DNA from: an uncultured Candidatus Saccharibacteria bacterium
Lineage (GTDB): Bacteria > Patescibacteriota > Minisyncoccia > Minisyncoccales > JANBVM01
Length of the DNA: 64,000 nt
NCBI GenBank assembly: GCA_964450805.1
Contig: CAYVDD010000001.1
Span: 329,288-393,287, forward strand
Direction: 5' to 3'
Part shown: positions 26,428 through 36,407 of the stretch, piece by piece
Position numbering within the stretch: the first letter of the stretch is position 1
Layout: each line of letters begins with the position of its first letter
The notes under the pieces: model-generated
The model's input: only the letters and a program-made list of their open reading frames with translations
Told to the model about the DNA's origin: nothing
Databases searched by the model: none
Translations under genes and position numbers: made by a program

Positions 26428-28146
26428 TTATTTCTTTTGATAAATTGCAATATCTCCATATTGAGCAGTTTTCTGTAGAAATGAATACTGATCCATCTGC
26501 CATTGGGGCTCATTTTTTTTATCCCAAACAACATATTTCACTTGGTATTCAGTCCATAGCTTATTCAAAAATTCATTGTCTGGAATTAAAAGAGACTGTT
26601 GATACTGCTCAGTAATTTTACCAATCACCTCATCAGGAATACCTCCATGACTGCCAACAGATTCTCTGTAATACATACCATAGATTTCATGAGCTATTAT
26701 CTCTTTGTTTTCAAAAAATACCTGTTTAGCTTCATCTCTTTTTACTCCATCTAATCTATAAAAAGCAAAAACACTATTAAGTAGACGATCATTTGTAGCG
26801 GCAAAAGAATAAATACCAGCTCTATGGTAAAAAACATTTAAAGGAGTGTAAATAACAGTGAAATAAGATATTTCATCGTTGGCAAAAACAATATCCTCTT
26901 TTTGAGAATTATTATTTAACCACTCCATAACTAGACCATATCTTTGAGAATCAATAGCTTCCTGCTCCATAGACGCATAAGAGTTTACTTGTATAAAAAT
27001 ACCCACATAAATACTTAAAATTATCATAGATATTGTTGAGATTTTTTTAACAAGCTTCCAGTTTTTCCTAGAAACCCAGGCAAAAAACATGATTAAAATA
27101 TAGATAATTGCCAAAGGAACATGAAAAAACCAATGATAATGGGAGCTCTGAAGCATTTTACCTGTAATAATCTGCTGATTAAGAGTAACAAAGGGAGTAA
27201 GAACTAATGCTAATGTAAAAAAATATTGATTTTTTCTTTTTTTAGGAAAAAACAATAAAAATAAAAATAAAATCAAAGAAATTAAAAGTCCTAAATCAGG
27301 CGTCCTATTTTCAACTACTCCAAATCTTTGACTAACCTTTTCATAATTAGGATAAGTGGTTGCTCTGTAAATATTTAAAAGATATGGAAGAGCAATAAGG
27401 CTCGCTCCAATAAGTATTGCAATTATTTTTTTAACCTCTAACATTTTTCTCTGAAAAAGAAAGATTAAAGCAAGAACCCCGCAAAATGCATATAAAAAAG
27501 TCCATGTATAAAAATAATCATAAAAACTAAAACCTAAAACCATAACACTTAAAACTCCCCATTTTTTGTGTTTTTTTTCCAAAAATAACCAGAAGAGCAA
27601 AAGAAAGCTAAAAAGAAATAGGGTTGGCAGGGCTGGTATAACTGGACGGGCAAAGCGCAGAAAACTTCGGGGACTTATCCCGTCTAATATTTTAAAAATT
27701 CCGTAACGGGTAAAAAGCACTTTAGCCAAAATAATCACTATTGAGCTTGTTAAAGCAGTTGATTTGTCTTTTGAAAGCAAAAAAACAAAAGCATATATTA
27801 CAAGAAAAACCAGAAAAGGAAAAACTAAACGAGCAAGCAAAATAGTGTTGTTAATATCTAAAGAAAAAATACTTCCCAAATAACCAGAAAGTATTGATCC
27901 CAATGGCTGAAAAAGGTAAGGATCATTTTTCCCTTCCTTAAAATAAATGCTTCCTAGTAAAGGGTGTCCATCCTGAATCTCTCTTATCCTTGCTGTCCAA
28001 GGAGAATCACCCATAATTTCAATTCCCTGGTAAATGTCTTTGTTGTCATAACGAAAATAAATCTGAAAACTGGCAACAAGGATTGCTATCATTAAACCAA
28101 AAACAACTGCCCATTTATGATTCTTTAGAATCTGAACTATACTCAT
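26428..28146 (-). CDS. polytopic membrane protein with C-terminal extracytoplasmic domain (candidate GT-C type glycosyltransferase)
   Basis: About 12 hydrophobic segments in the first ~390 aa, then a soluble tail. Sits directly downstream of a GtrB-like polyprenyl-phosphate GT2. Confidence 0.35.
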   Translation of the reverse strand: MSIVQILKNHKWAVVFGLMIAILVASFQIYFRYDNKDIYQGIEIMGDSPWTARIREIQDGHPLLGSIYFKEGKNDPYLFQPLGSILSGYLGSIFSLDINNTILLARLVFPFLVFLVIYAFVFLLSKDKSTALTSSIVIILAKVLFTRYGIFKILDGISPRSFLRFARPVIPALPTLFLFSFLLLFWLFLEKKHKKWGVLSVMVLGFSFYDYFYTWTFLYAFCGVLALIFLFQRKMLEVKKIIAILIGASLIALPYLLNIYRATTYPNYEKVSQRFGVVENRTPDLGLLISLILFLFLLFFPKKRKNQYFFTLALVLTPFVTLNQQIITGKMLQSSHYHWFFHVPLAIIYILIMFFAWVSRKNWKLVKKISTISMIILSIYVGIFIQVNSYASMEQEAIDSQRYGLVMEWLNNNSQKEDIVFANDEISYFTVIYTPLNVFYHRAGIYSFAATNDRLLNSVFAFYRLDGVKRDEAKQVFFENKEIIAHEIYGMYYRESVGSHGGIPDEVIGKITEQYQQSLLIPDNEFLNKLWTEYQVKYVVWDKKNEPQWQMDQYSFLQKTAQYGDIAIYQKK

Positions 28147-29086
28147 CTTTAAAATTAATTTTATCTTTAATTAAATAGGGAGGCTTTCCCTTTGCCTCAT
28201 AATAAATTCTGATGAGAATCTCTGCTAAAAGCCCCATTAAAATAAACTGAACCCCAATAATAACTAAAAATAAAGTAAATAAAGGCAAAGGAGTTGAGGT
28301 AAAAGATATGCCCAATATGAACTTATAAGCAAAAGAGGCTATACCTGATAGGAATCCAGAAAACAACAGGAAAAGACCAGTTTTGCCAAAAAAATGAATT
28401 GGCTTAGTTAAATAAGTCATTAAAAATCTTACAGTTAAAAGATCTAAAACAACCTTGAAGGTCCGGGCAAATCCGTATTTGGTTTTACCATATTTTCTAG
28501 GCCTGTGATTAACCACTATTTCTGTTATTCTTGCCCCATACCAAGAGGCATAAGCTGGCACGAATCTATGCATCTCTCCATAAAGCCTAATATCCTTCAT
28601 AATTTCTCTTTTATAGGCTTTAATAGTACAACCATAATCATGAAGTTTTACTCTGGTAATAAAAGATATTAGAGCATTTGCCATCTGAGAGGGAATCATT
28701 CTACTTATATAATCTTTTCTGTTTTTTCGCCAACCAGAAACAACATCAAACCCTTGATCTATTTTTTCTAAAAGCTTGGGGATATCAGCTGGATCATTTT
28801 GCAAATCAGCATCCATTGGAATTAAAATCCCGCCTTTGGCAAAATCAATGCCTGCTGATATGGCTGCTGTTTGGCCGTAGTTCTTTCTAAAATTAATTAC
28901 CTTAAAAAATGGATCTTTGCCAGTAATTTTCTTGAGAACTTCCAAACTTTTATCTTCAGAACCGTCGTTAACTGCAATAATTTCAAAACTAAAAGCAAGA
29001 GAATTCAAAACCTGCTTAATTTCCAAATAAAGTTTTTCTATACTTTCTTCTTCATTGTAAATTGGAAGAATGATAGATAATTTCAT
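28115..29086 (-). CDS. polyprenyl-phosphate glycosyltransferase (GT2; GtrB/ArnC/DPM1-like)
   Basis: MKLSIILPIYNEEESI...AVNDGSEDKS...MDADLQNDP plus two C-terminal TM helices. Start moved to 29086. Confidence 0.8.
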   Translation of the reverse strand: MKLSIILPIYNEEESIEKLYLEIKQVLNSLAFSFEIIAVNDGSEDKSLEVLKKITGKDPFFKVINFRKNYGQTAAISAGIDFAKGGILIPMDADLQNDPADIPKLLEKIDQGFDVVSGWRKNRKDYISRMIPSQMANALISFITRVKLHDYGCTIKAYKREIMKDIRLYGEMHRFVPAYASWYGARITEIVVNHRPRKYGKTKYGFARTFKVVLDLLTVRFLMTYLTKPIHFFGKTGLFLLFSGFLSGIASFAYKFILGISFTSTPLPLFTLFLVIIGVQFILMGLLAEILIRIYYEAKGKPPYLIKDKINFKDEYSSDSKES

Positions 29087-29097
29087 AATACTAAATA

Positions 29098-29844
29098 TTA
29101 TTGTTTTCTGGCAGTTATCATAACGCACCAGCAAATTTGTTTATTTAAAACAGGAATTTTTAAAATTGTCTCATCAAATTTAATTAAAAAAGGCGTAAGG
29201 AGTCTTTTAAAAGGAAAAAACTTGTAAATATTAACTACATCGGGAAAGCCAAGTAAAGGATGACTTAAAAAGCCAAAATAATAAATCTTTTCTATTTCTA
29301 AATGAGAGCTAATAATTCTTATTAATTCTTTTTCTTGAAAATTTTTATGTAAAGGAGAAAAATGTTTTGTGCCTCTTAAAAATGTTCTGGGAATAAGATT
29401 GACAAAGCTAGCAATTGGCTCAGTAAAAACCGCTTCTCCTCCTTTTTTAAGTACACGGTTAATTTCACTTATTCCTTTTTCAGGATCCTCTAAATGATGA
29501 AGTACTCCTCTGTTTATCACTATCTGAAATGAAGAATTACCAAAAGGCATATTTTGAGCATCCCCTAAAAGCACTTTAGAATATCTTTTTTTTGCCAGCT
29601 TAATCATCTCAGGAGACATATCTAACCCAATAACTTCATATCCTTTTAAAAATTGGCTCATAAATCCTGTGCCGCAGCCATTATCTAAAATAGGACTTCT
29701 TAAATTTAAAAAAGAAAGTAGTTTTTTCGCCCACCATCTGTGATATACCAAAGAATAAGATACAGCATATCTTTTATCATTATAAAGTTCAGCAACATAA
29801 TCCTGAACAGCAATTTCTTCTTCAAGACGATTGTATGTATTCAT
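29098..29844 (-). CDS. class I SAM-dependent methyltransferase
   Basis: ILDNGCGTGFMSQFL...VINRGVLHHL...KGGEAVFTE. Confidence 0.75.
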   Translation of the reverse strand: MNTYNRLEEEIAVQDYVAELYNDKRYAVSYSLVYHRWWAKKLLSFLNLRSPILDNGCGTGFMSQFLKGYEVIGLDMSPEMIKLAKKRYSKVLLGDAQNMPFGNSSFQIVINRGVLHHLEDPEKGISEINRVLKKGGEAVFTEPIASFVNLIPRTFLRGTKHFSPLHKNFQEKELIRIISSHLEIEKIYYFGFLSHPLLGFPDVVNIYKFFPFKRLLTPFLIKFDETILKIPVLNKQICWCVMITARKQ

Positions 29845-29851
29845 TTTTTTG

Positions 29852-30799
29852 TCACTTTCCTTTTAAAAATAATATTGTTCCTGGAACACCTATTATTAAG
29901 ATGTTACAAAATAAAACTAATAAAGAAAAGGTGACAGTTAAAGAGACAGGAATATTAAAAAATGAGAAAAAATAAATGTAGGATGCTTCTCTGGCACCCA
30001 ATCCAAATATGCTCACAGGAATAGCAATAATTAGCCAGACCAAAGCAACAACTAAAAAAACATACCAAAAAGGAATTATTATACCCAAAGACAAAATAAT
30101 CAAATGAGCAAAGACTGCTCCAGATAAAATATAATAAATAAATCCTAAAAACAAAACCTTGAAAAACAGGCTTAGGTTTAAAGAATTGAATCCCTGGTAG
30201 AGTTCATTCAAAAAAAAGTTTGTTTTTTCTTTGAAATCCTCAGGCACTAAAAGCTTTATCAAAAAATCAGAAATCTTTTTAGTTCTTTGTTTTGCGCTTA
30301 AAAAATAAATTAAAAGTGCTGAAAAGAATAAAACTAAAACTGGCAATTGCCAATTCCAGATTTTAGTGAACTTGAAAGGGATGATTACAAAAGAAAACAG
30401 ACCGATTATAATCACAACCAAAATATCTGTTGCCCTATCTAAAAAAGCGGTATAAAAAGCTTTACCCTTGCTAGCTTTACTTTTTTCAGATAAATATTTT
30501 GCCCTCCAAAACTCTCCCATTTTTGCTGGAGTAATCAGGCCAAAAAAGAATCCCTTAATTGACATTTCAGCTAATTCATTAAAAGAAGTTTTAGCGCCAA
30601 TAGAATCAACCAACAATCTCCATCTTAAAACACGAACTAAAAATCCAAAAATTAAAAACAAGAGCCCTATCAAGCAATAAATAGGATCGGCTTGTTTTAA
30701 AGCTAATAAAAGCTCATTGAGATTGATTTTAGAAAGAATATATGTGAATAAAGCTACTCCAAAAAGTCTGAAAAACTTTGAATATGTTATTCTTTTCAT
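29852..30799 (-). CDS. UPF0104 / LPG-synthase-TM-like 'flippase-like' membrane protein
   Basis: 315 aa with ~8 TM helices; RWRLL and GLITPAKMGEFWRAKY pattern. Confidence 0.5.
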   Translation of the reverse strand: MKRITYSKFFRLFGVALFTYILSKINLNELLLALKQADPIYCLIGLLFLIFGFLVRVLRWRLLVDSIGAKTSFNELAEMSIKGFFFGLITPAKMGEFWRAKYLSEKSKASKGKAFYTAFLDRATDILVVIIIGLFSFVIIPFKFTKIWNWQLPVLVLFFSALLIYFLSAKQRTKKISDFLIKLLVPEDFKEKTNFFLNELYQGFNSLNLSLFFKVLFLGFIYYILSGAVFAHLIILSLGIIIPFWYVFLVVALVWLIIAIPVSIFGLGAREASYIYFFSFFNIPVSLTVTFSLLVLFCNILIIGVPGTILFLKGK

Positions 30800-30804
30800 T
30801 TATT

Positions 30805-32148
30805 TTAAACTGTAAGTTTATACAAAGGCCTCCCATTTTCCGCTTTGCCAATAAATTTGGCTTTATTTAAACAGGAATTATTAATTATGAAATTCACGAA
30901 TTCTTCTGGAGTAAAATCTTTGTAAGGATTCTTTTTTGTTAATTCCCCAGGCCTGTGTGGTTCAAAAAACAATTCTTTTGCTTTAATCCTCTTTAACAGC
31001 TTTATGAAATTCAAATAAACATCTTCCCTTTCTAAAAAATGATGAAATATACTTAAAGCCAGAACCACGTCAAAAGTTACTTCTTTGTCTTTTTTATATT
31101 CAAAAATTGATTCTGGAATAATTTTGAATTTTTTACCTTCTGCATCTCTTAGTTTTTTCATGAAATATAGGCACATGCGATTTTCCTCCAAAGCATGGCA
31201 CTCAAGCCCCTCTTCTTCAAAAACATGACAGAAATAGCCCAAATTAGCCCCAATATCTAGAAGAGTTCCTTTTGAAAATGAAAGATTATTTTTGATTATC
31301 TGATAGCGGAAATCTCCACGCCTGAAAAGGATGTCTTGAAGGTCTGGGTGATTGAGCAATTGATAAAGTCTTCCTCTCTGGTAATTTTTTGAAAAAGCAA
31401 TCAGTTCTCTCCTGAAATCCATCCATTTCTTGTGTCTGGCAATGATCCTTACGGGAATTTTGGGAAGCTTTAAAATTTTGGCAATTGAAAACCTGTGCCT
31501 GCCGTTTACGAACAAAAGCCTTCCATCCCTTGCTATCACGACAGAAACATCATCTATCACTGCCGAAGGTTTTTCCAGCTTTGCTTTTATTCCCTCCTGC
31601 CCGTAAAGCTCCTGCATTTGTTTGAATCCTTTTCGCTTGATTTCATCAAACAGCAAGTCAATCTTTTTTAACCTTTCATCGAAATCATACTTATTTTTGC
31701 ATCCCCACTTCCTCTTTCCTCTCTCAAGCTGAGTTAAGACCCTGGAGTAAAAGTCAGTGTGCTTCCATTCCTTGTTCTGTTCGAATCTCTGCCTGAAAGC
31801 CTTAAAAACGTCTAAATCCTCGAATTTCACAATGTTTTTATCCCAGTTTCCGTCTATCACCTTTCCGTGGTTTTTCCAGATATCAAAGCTTTCATTTAAA
31901 ATATACTCTATTTTCTGAGGATTGACCCAGCACACTTTGTTGAAATCCAATCTGTCGGTTTTGTATTCAATCCTAGATTTTAATTTGAGGATCTGCCTGA
32001 CGACAATGAATTTTAAATCGCAAAAAGCATTCCAAAGCATGACCAAAGGACGCCCTATAATCGGAAGCTTTTCGCCCAGATCAAGGACGAAATATCTTAC
32101 GGTGACAATTATCTTATTCCTGATTTTTTGGTAGAGATAAAGCGCCAT
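30805..32148 (-). CDS. fusion: ParB/sulfiredoxin-like domain + class I SAM methyltransferase
   Basis: VVIARDGRLLFVNGRHRFSIAKILKLPKIPVRI (ParB/Srx-type DGxHR core), then LLDIGANLGYFCH...VLALSIFHH. Confidence 0.5.
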   Translation of the reverse strand: MALYLYQKIRNKIIVTVRYFVLDLGEKLPIIGRPLVMLWNAFCDLKFIVVRQILKLKSRIEYKTDRLDFNKVCWVNPQKIEYILNESFDIWKNHGKVIDGNWDKNIVKFEDLDVFKAFRQRFEQNKEWKHTDFYSRVLTQLERGKRKWGCKNKYDFDERLKKIDLLFDEIKRKGFKQMQELYGQEGIKAKLEKPSAVIDDVSVVIARDGRLLFVNGRHRFSIAKILKLPKIPVRIIARHKKWMDFRRELIAFSKNYQRGRLYQLLNHPDLQDILFRRGDFRYQIIKNNLSFSKGTLLDIGANLGYFCHVFEEEGLECHALEENRMCLYFMKKLRDAEGKKFKIIPESIFEYKKDKEVTFDVVLALSIFHHFLEREDVYLNFIKLLKRIKAKELFFEPHRPGELTKKNPYKDFTPEEFVNFIINNSCLNKAKFIGKAENGRPLYKLTV

Positions 32149-32150
32149 AT

Positions 32151-33263
32151 TTAGGAAATGAATTTTAGGATATTTTCAGCTCTTTTCTGCCAGGTATAAG
32201 CCTGAACATCCTGAAAAGCTTGATTTGATATCTTATCAGAAAAAACAGGAGTTTCCAACGCATTTGCGATAGCCTCAGCAAGCTTTCTAGGGTTATCCGG
32301 TTTAACTAAAAAAGCGTTATTCTCATTGAGAATTTCTCTTATTGAAGGAATATCTGAAGCTATTATTGGCCTTTTGGAAGCCATATACTCAAACATCTTG
32401 ATAGGCGATGTCCAGTGGGAGATTTTCTGTTTGGCTGAATTGGGAAGAACCAGAAGGTCAGCTGACTTAAGCCATAAAGCCATCTGGCTGTATGGCTTAT
32501 GGCCCACGATATTGATATCCAGATCTGAATATTTTTCCTTGAATTCTCTGACATGCTTTTTGGTTCCCCCGACAAAGTATACGGCTATGTTGTTTTTCAA
32601 AAACTTGGAAGCTTGAACCAAAACATCAGCTCCTTTCCATTTATATAAATGACCAGTGTAGAGTAGTATTTTCTCGTCCAAAGGAAGGTTAATTTTTTCC
32701 CTACATCCCTCTTTGCTTTCTTTGATGTTAAATTGTTTCAGGTCAACTCCGTCAGCAGAAACAAAGATTTTTTCAGGCCTTACACCTTTTTCAACAAAGA
32801 GATTTTTCAATTGTTTTGTGATTGAAATCACTGCTTTGGTTCTTTTAAAAAACCATGAATAGAGAAAGTAGTTTTTAGGGAAGGTATGTGCTTCAAAAAC
32901 AAGGTTGTTTTTAAAAAACGCCAAACCAAGGAAAAACTTGTCTCTTGTATAAATGATGTCTGTTTTTTTAAAAATTATGTAAAAGAATGAAAAAGCAAAA
33001 AAAGTGAATGATTCAATCCACAAAGCTAAATGACCTAATAATTTATCGAAAGGAATCAAATCAATGCAAGGGAATTTTTTAATCTTAAAGTTTTTTTCAA
33101 TTCCATAGTATTCAAACGCATTTTTTTTAATCCAATTGATTCTTCTGGGTATTACCAGTTCTAAATCATTTCCCATACCTAAAGCTTCGCACATTTTCAT
33201 AATCTGTATTCCATGTGCTTTTTCCGTTGGAATTCTTGCATTAGCAATGTATAGAATTTTCAT
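32151..33263 (-). CDS. GT4-family glycosyltransferase
   Basis: SPIKMFEYMASKRPIIASD; GT-B length. Confidence 0.75.
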   Translation of the reverse strand: MKILYIANARIPTEKAHGIQIMKMCEALGMGNDLELVIPRRINWIKKNAFEYYGIEKNFKIKKFPCIDLIPFDKLLGHLALWIESFTFFAFSFFYIIFKKTDIIYTRDKFFLGLAFFKNNLVFEAHTFPKNYFLYSWFFKRTKAVISITKQLKNLFVEKGVRPEKIFVSADGVDLKQFNIKESKEGCREKINLPLDEKILLYTGHLYKWKGADVLVQASKFLKNNIAVYFVGGTKKHVREFKEKYSDLDINIVGHKPYSQMALWLKSADLLVLPNSAKQKISHWTSPIKMFEYMASKRPIIASDIPSIREILNENNAFLVKPDNPRKLAEAIANALETPVFSDKISNQAFQDVQAYTWQKRAENILKFIS

Positions 33264-33910
33264 GATTTTTTTGCTTTGATAACAAAGTTAAGTGCAAAAA
33301 TAGATGGTTTTTTTTCAGCTAAAAACTGCATTAAGTTTCTAATTCCTGGCACCCAAGAAAAAAAACTATTTACTTTTATTGCTTCAATTGAGAAACTGCT
33401 CTCTTCTAATAAATCTTTAATAATAGAATAGGACATCCAATAAACATGACCCTGCCTATGCTTGTTGTTTTCAGGTATTTTCCCTAATAGCATTTGTATT
33501 CTAGCAGGCAGAGAATTAAAATTAGGCACACTTATTAATAAGTTTCTTTTGGAAACTCTATGAACTTCTTTTAATACTCTTGTGGGCTGATATAAGTGTT
33601 CGAGAACGTCAAGCAAAACCACTGTTTCAAAAGAATTGTCAGGAAATGGTAATTTATTTGTAGTAAAATTAAATTGTCTTACGTTTAATTCTTTTGTCCT
33701 TGCTTTTTTTATTGCGATTTCAGAAACTTCAATCCCTATTCCTTTTATGCCTTTATTCTTAAGCATATTTAAAAATAGACCATCTCCACAACCCAAATCT
33801 AAAACCAAACCTTTGTCCACTAATGCAAAAGCTGCTTTGTGGCGAAAACATATTCCCTGATCCATTTTAGCCCAATATTCGCTTTCAAAATCTCTTAATT
33901 CTTTATCCAT
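33260..33910 (-). CDS. class I SAM-dependent methyltransferase
   Basis: VLDLGCGDGLFLNML...VVLLDVLEHL. Confidence 0.75.
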   Translation of the reverse strand: MDKELRDFESEYWAKMDQGICFRHKAAFALVDKGLVLDLGCGDGLFLNMLKNKGIKGIGIEVSEIAIKKARTKELNVRQFNFTTNKLPFPDNSFETVVLLDVLEHLYQPTRVLKEVHRVSKRNLLISVPNFNSLPARIQMLLGKIPENNKHRQGHVYWMSYSIIKDLLEESSFSIEAIKVNSFFSWVPGIRNLMQFLAEKKPSIFALNFVIKAKKS

Positions 33911-35357
33911 TTCTATCTTTTTTTATTATTGGAATTCCCACTAATGACCCCCAATTTAGCAACATCTTTGCCCTAAATTTTAATTCATCATTCTTAAGAG
34001 GAATATCAAAAATCTGTTCAGGTAAATCAGCTATTAGTGATTGAGTTTGTTCATCTCTTCCCAGAGAAATACTCCATCCCTTTTTACGCCATACCAAATC
34101 TTTAGGCAGATATCTTTCAGCCAACCTTCTGAGGATTAATTTATCAATGTAAATTTTGGTTTTTGTGTTATTAGAATAAGCTAAGCGGTAAGAAAGAGGT
34201 ATACTAAGGAAAAATTGAATAATATCCATATCATAAAACAGGTTTGAAAATACAGCATTATTGTTTAGTATCGGACCAGACAATGTTTCTCCTTCTGTAG
34301 GAATACAGCCAACATATATTCCTCCTAATGACAACAAATCTATTGATGAAAGATTAGGGTCAATATACTCTTTGAATTCTTCCCAATTGCTAATTAGACC
34401 GTTTGTGTTCAAAGATATGTAATTTTCTAAAAGAGTTTTATGGCAAGTATCTCTGTGTATTTTTTTCCTGATAGATTGAGGAAGAAAATTCAAAAAATAA
34501 GAAATATATTGCTGGACGATGGAACAACTTATAGTGTCAGCACCTTGCGCTGCATAGACTTGCTTTTCTTTTTTAAAAGGAGAATGTTTCCATAAACTTG
34601 CCACCCCTATAATAGTAGTTAATCCGTGAGGATCTTTGTATAATTCAGGAATAAATGACACTGCTTCTTTGTATTTATCAGTCTCAAGGAAATCTATGTA
34701 ATGATTTTCTGCACCCATAATAGCAGCGTTCATTCTTGCAAAAGGGATTTCAGAGCTTTTCCTACCCCAAGGCGCAGAAGTATAAGCATTAATCTTTGCT
34801 CCTGATTTTTTTAAATAAATACCTGTTAAGGCTGAATCAATTCCTCCACTTAAATATAATCCAATTTCATCAAATCGACGAGTTCGTTTTGCAACTTTTA
34901 ACAATAATTCATCTAATCTGTCCACATATCCATTAAGAAAGCGTATACCTAATTTGAGCGGTCTGATTTTGTACCTATAAATAATTTGGACATTGAGAGT
35001 TTTGGTATTTATTTTCATCACTGAACCTGGAGGCACCATCATTATTTCTTTAAACAAAGGTTTTAATTTGGCAGTGGCAGTTGCAATAAAATATCGAACT
35101 CCCTCGAAATCTAATTTACAAGTTGAATCTATTAAAGATGTTAAATGAACAGAAAACTTAACTTCGTTGTTAAAAAATCTAAAATACAAAGGAATTATTC
35201 CTATATGGTCTCGGATGGCGTATATAAAATCTCCTTTTTGATAAACAAAGGCAAACCATGAATCTCTGCGTTTTTTCTCAAAAAGCAAATCAAAATCTTC
35301 ATCAGCAATGTCCGAAGGGTTAAAATTGTAATTTAATAAAATTTTGATATTATTCAT
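33903..35357 (-). CDS. asparagine-synthetase-like amidotransferase (PP-loop ATP pyrophosphatase domain)
   Basis: LSGGIDSAL (SGGxDS PP-loop). The N-terminus is MNNIK, with no Cys2 glutaminase nucleophile. Confidence 0.65.
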   Translation of the reverse strand: MNNIKILLNYNFNPSDIADEDFDLLFEKKRRDSWFAFVYQKGDFIYAIRDHIGIIPLYFRFFNNEVKFSVHLTSLIDSTCKLDFEGVRYFIATATAKLKPLFKEIMMVPPGSVMKINTKTLNVQIIYRYKIRPLKLGIRFLNGYVDRLDELLLKVAKRTRRFDEIGLYLSGGIDSALTGIYLKKSGAKINAYTSAPWGRKSSEIPFARMNAAIMGAENHYIDFLETDKYKEAVSFIPELYKDPHGLTTIIGVASLWKHSPFKKEKQVYAAQGADTISCSIVQQYISYFLNFLPQSIRKKIHRDTCHKTLLENYISLNTNGLISNWEEFKEYIDPNLSSIDLLSLGGIYVGCIPTEGETLSGPILNNNAVFSNLFYDMDIIQFFLSIPLSYRLAYSNNTKTKIYIDKLILRRLAERYLPKDLVWRKKGWSISLGRDEQTQSLIADLPEQIFDIPLKNDELKFRAKMLLNWGSLVGIPIIKKDRNG

Positions 35358-35363
35358 AATAAA

Positions 35364-36401
35364 TCAAATTCTATTACTGAATTCATAAAGGATTTTTTCT
35401 ACTAAATTATCTAAGCTATGGTTTTTGACCACTATTTCTCTTAAATTTTTGTCTTGTTTAGAATCTTTTAGATTGAAAATCTTGCGAGCCAATTCCTCAT
35501 CATTCCCTTTTTGAAATCTGTATTTATTTTCAAGTATTTCATTATAGGCCTGATTGCATGTTAAAACCAAGCAACCTGAAGCCATAGCTTCCAATACAAC
35601 TTTGTCTAGACTTCCAGTAGAACTGATATTTATAACCAATTCAGCTTTCTGATAATAATCAGGCAGTTCATTATAAGGCAAACCTCCTAAAAACCTTATA
35701 TACTCTTCCATGTTTTTCTCTGAAATAAAAGCTTTCAGTTCCCGGAAATACTTTTTTTCATCTGCGTCTATTGGACTGCCAATGATTTTTACCTCAATAT
35801 TTTTAATACCTTTTTGGTTTATTAAAATATCCAAAGCTTTAACTAAAGTAATCTGATCTTTAATGCGTGAAATCCTTCCAACAGAGAGAATGTTCAGATT
35901 AGATTCTCTATTTGATAAAGGATCTGGCCTGAACTTATCAGTATCTATTCCCTGACCTATTACTTTTACCTTTTTGCTTTTCATTCTAAAACCAGATAAA
36001 GACGACGTTACTAATCCACATGCAAGCACATTGATTAATCTTGAACGAAAAGTCACTGCGCCATGAGCATACCATTGTATCAATTTCTTTTTGAAAAGCT
36101 TGGCCAAAGGAAAAGACAGGATTCCATAGATAGGACACATGTGGGCAAAAACACCATCAACTTCCTTTAAGTGTTTTAAAAGGATTTTCTGTAAAGTGAA
36201 AAACTGCTTTAATTTTGAATGGCCTTTTTCCTTTCCCAAAGAATAAACAATAACATTATCAGGAAGATTGTATTCTCCAACAGCTAAACCTATAACATAA
36301 ACTTTTTCAAGTTTTTTTGAAAGTTTTTCAAGCCAGAGGTGAAAAAAACTAAGATTATCGTCATTAAGATCAACTTTTTGACTAATGATTATGAGTTTCA
36401 T
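35364..36401 (-). CDS. GT4/GT1-family glycosyltransferase
   Basis: GSLDKVVLEAMASGCLVLT; GT-B length. Confidence 0.7.
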   Translation of the reverse strand: MKLIIISQKVDLNDDNLSFFHLWLEKLSKKLEKVYVIGLAVGEYNLPDNVIVYSLGKEKGHSKLKQFFTLQKILLKHLKEVDGVFAHMCPIYGILSFPLAKLFKKKLIQWYAHGAVTFRSRLINVLACGLVTSSLSGFRMKSKKVKVIGQGIDTDKFRPDPLSNRESNLNILSVGRISRIKDQITLVKALDILINQKGIKNIEVKIIGSPIDADEKKYFRELKAFISEKNMEEYIRFLGGLPYNELPDYYQKAELVINISSTGSLDKVVLEAMASGCLVLTCNQAYNEILENKYRFQKGNDEELARKIFNLKDSKQDKNLREIVVKNHSLDNLVEKILYEFSNRI

Positions 36402-36407
36402 TTTTGT

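Noticed and set aside
32326-32616. Overlapping 96-aa (+) and 70-aa (-) ORFs inside the GT4 gene 32151-33263. Similar nested ORFs occur in other genes, for example 13081-13410, 21049-21503, 46846-47113 and 59096-59389.
   Set aside because: All are embedded in longer ORFs with clear family motifs. They have low-complexity translations and no independent start signals.
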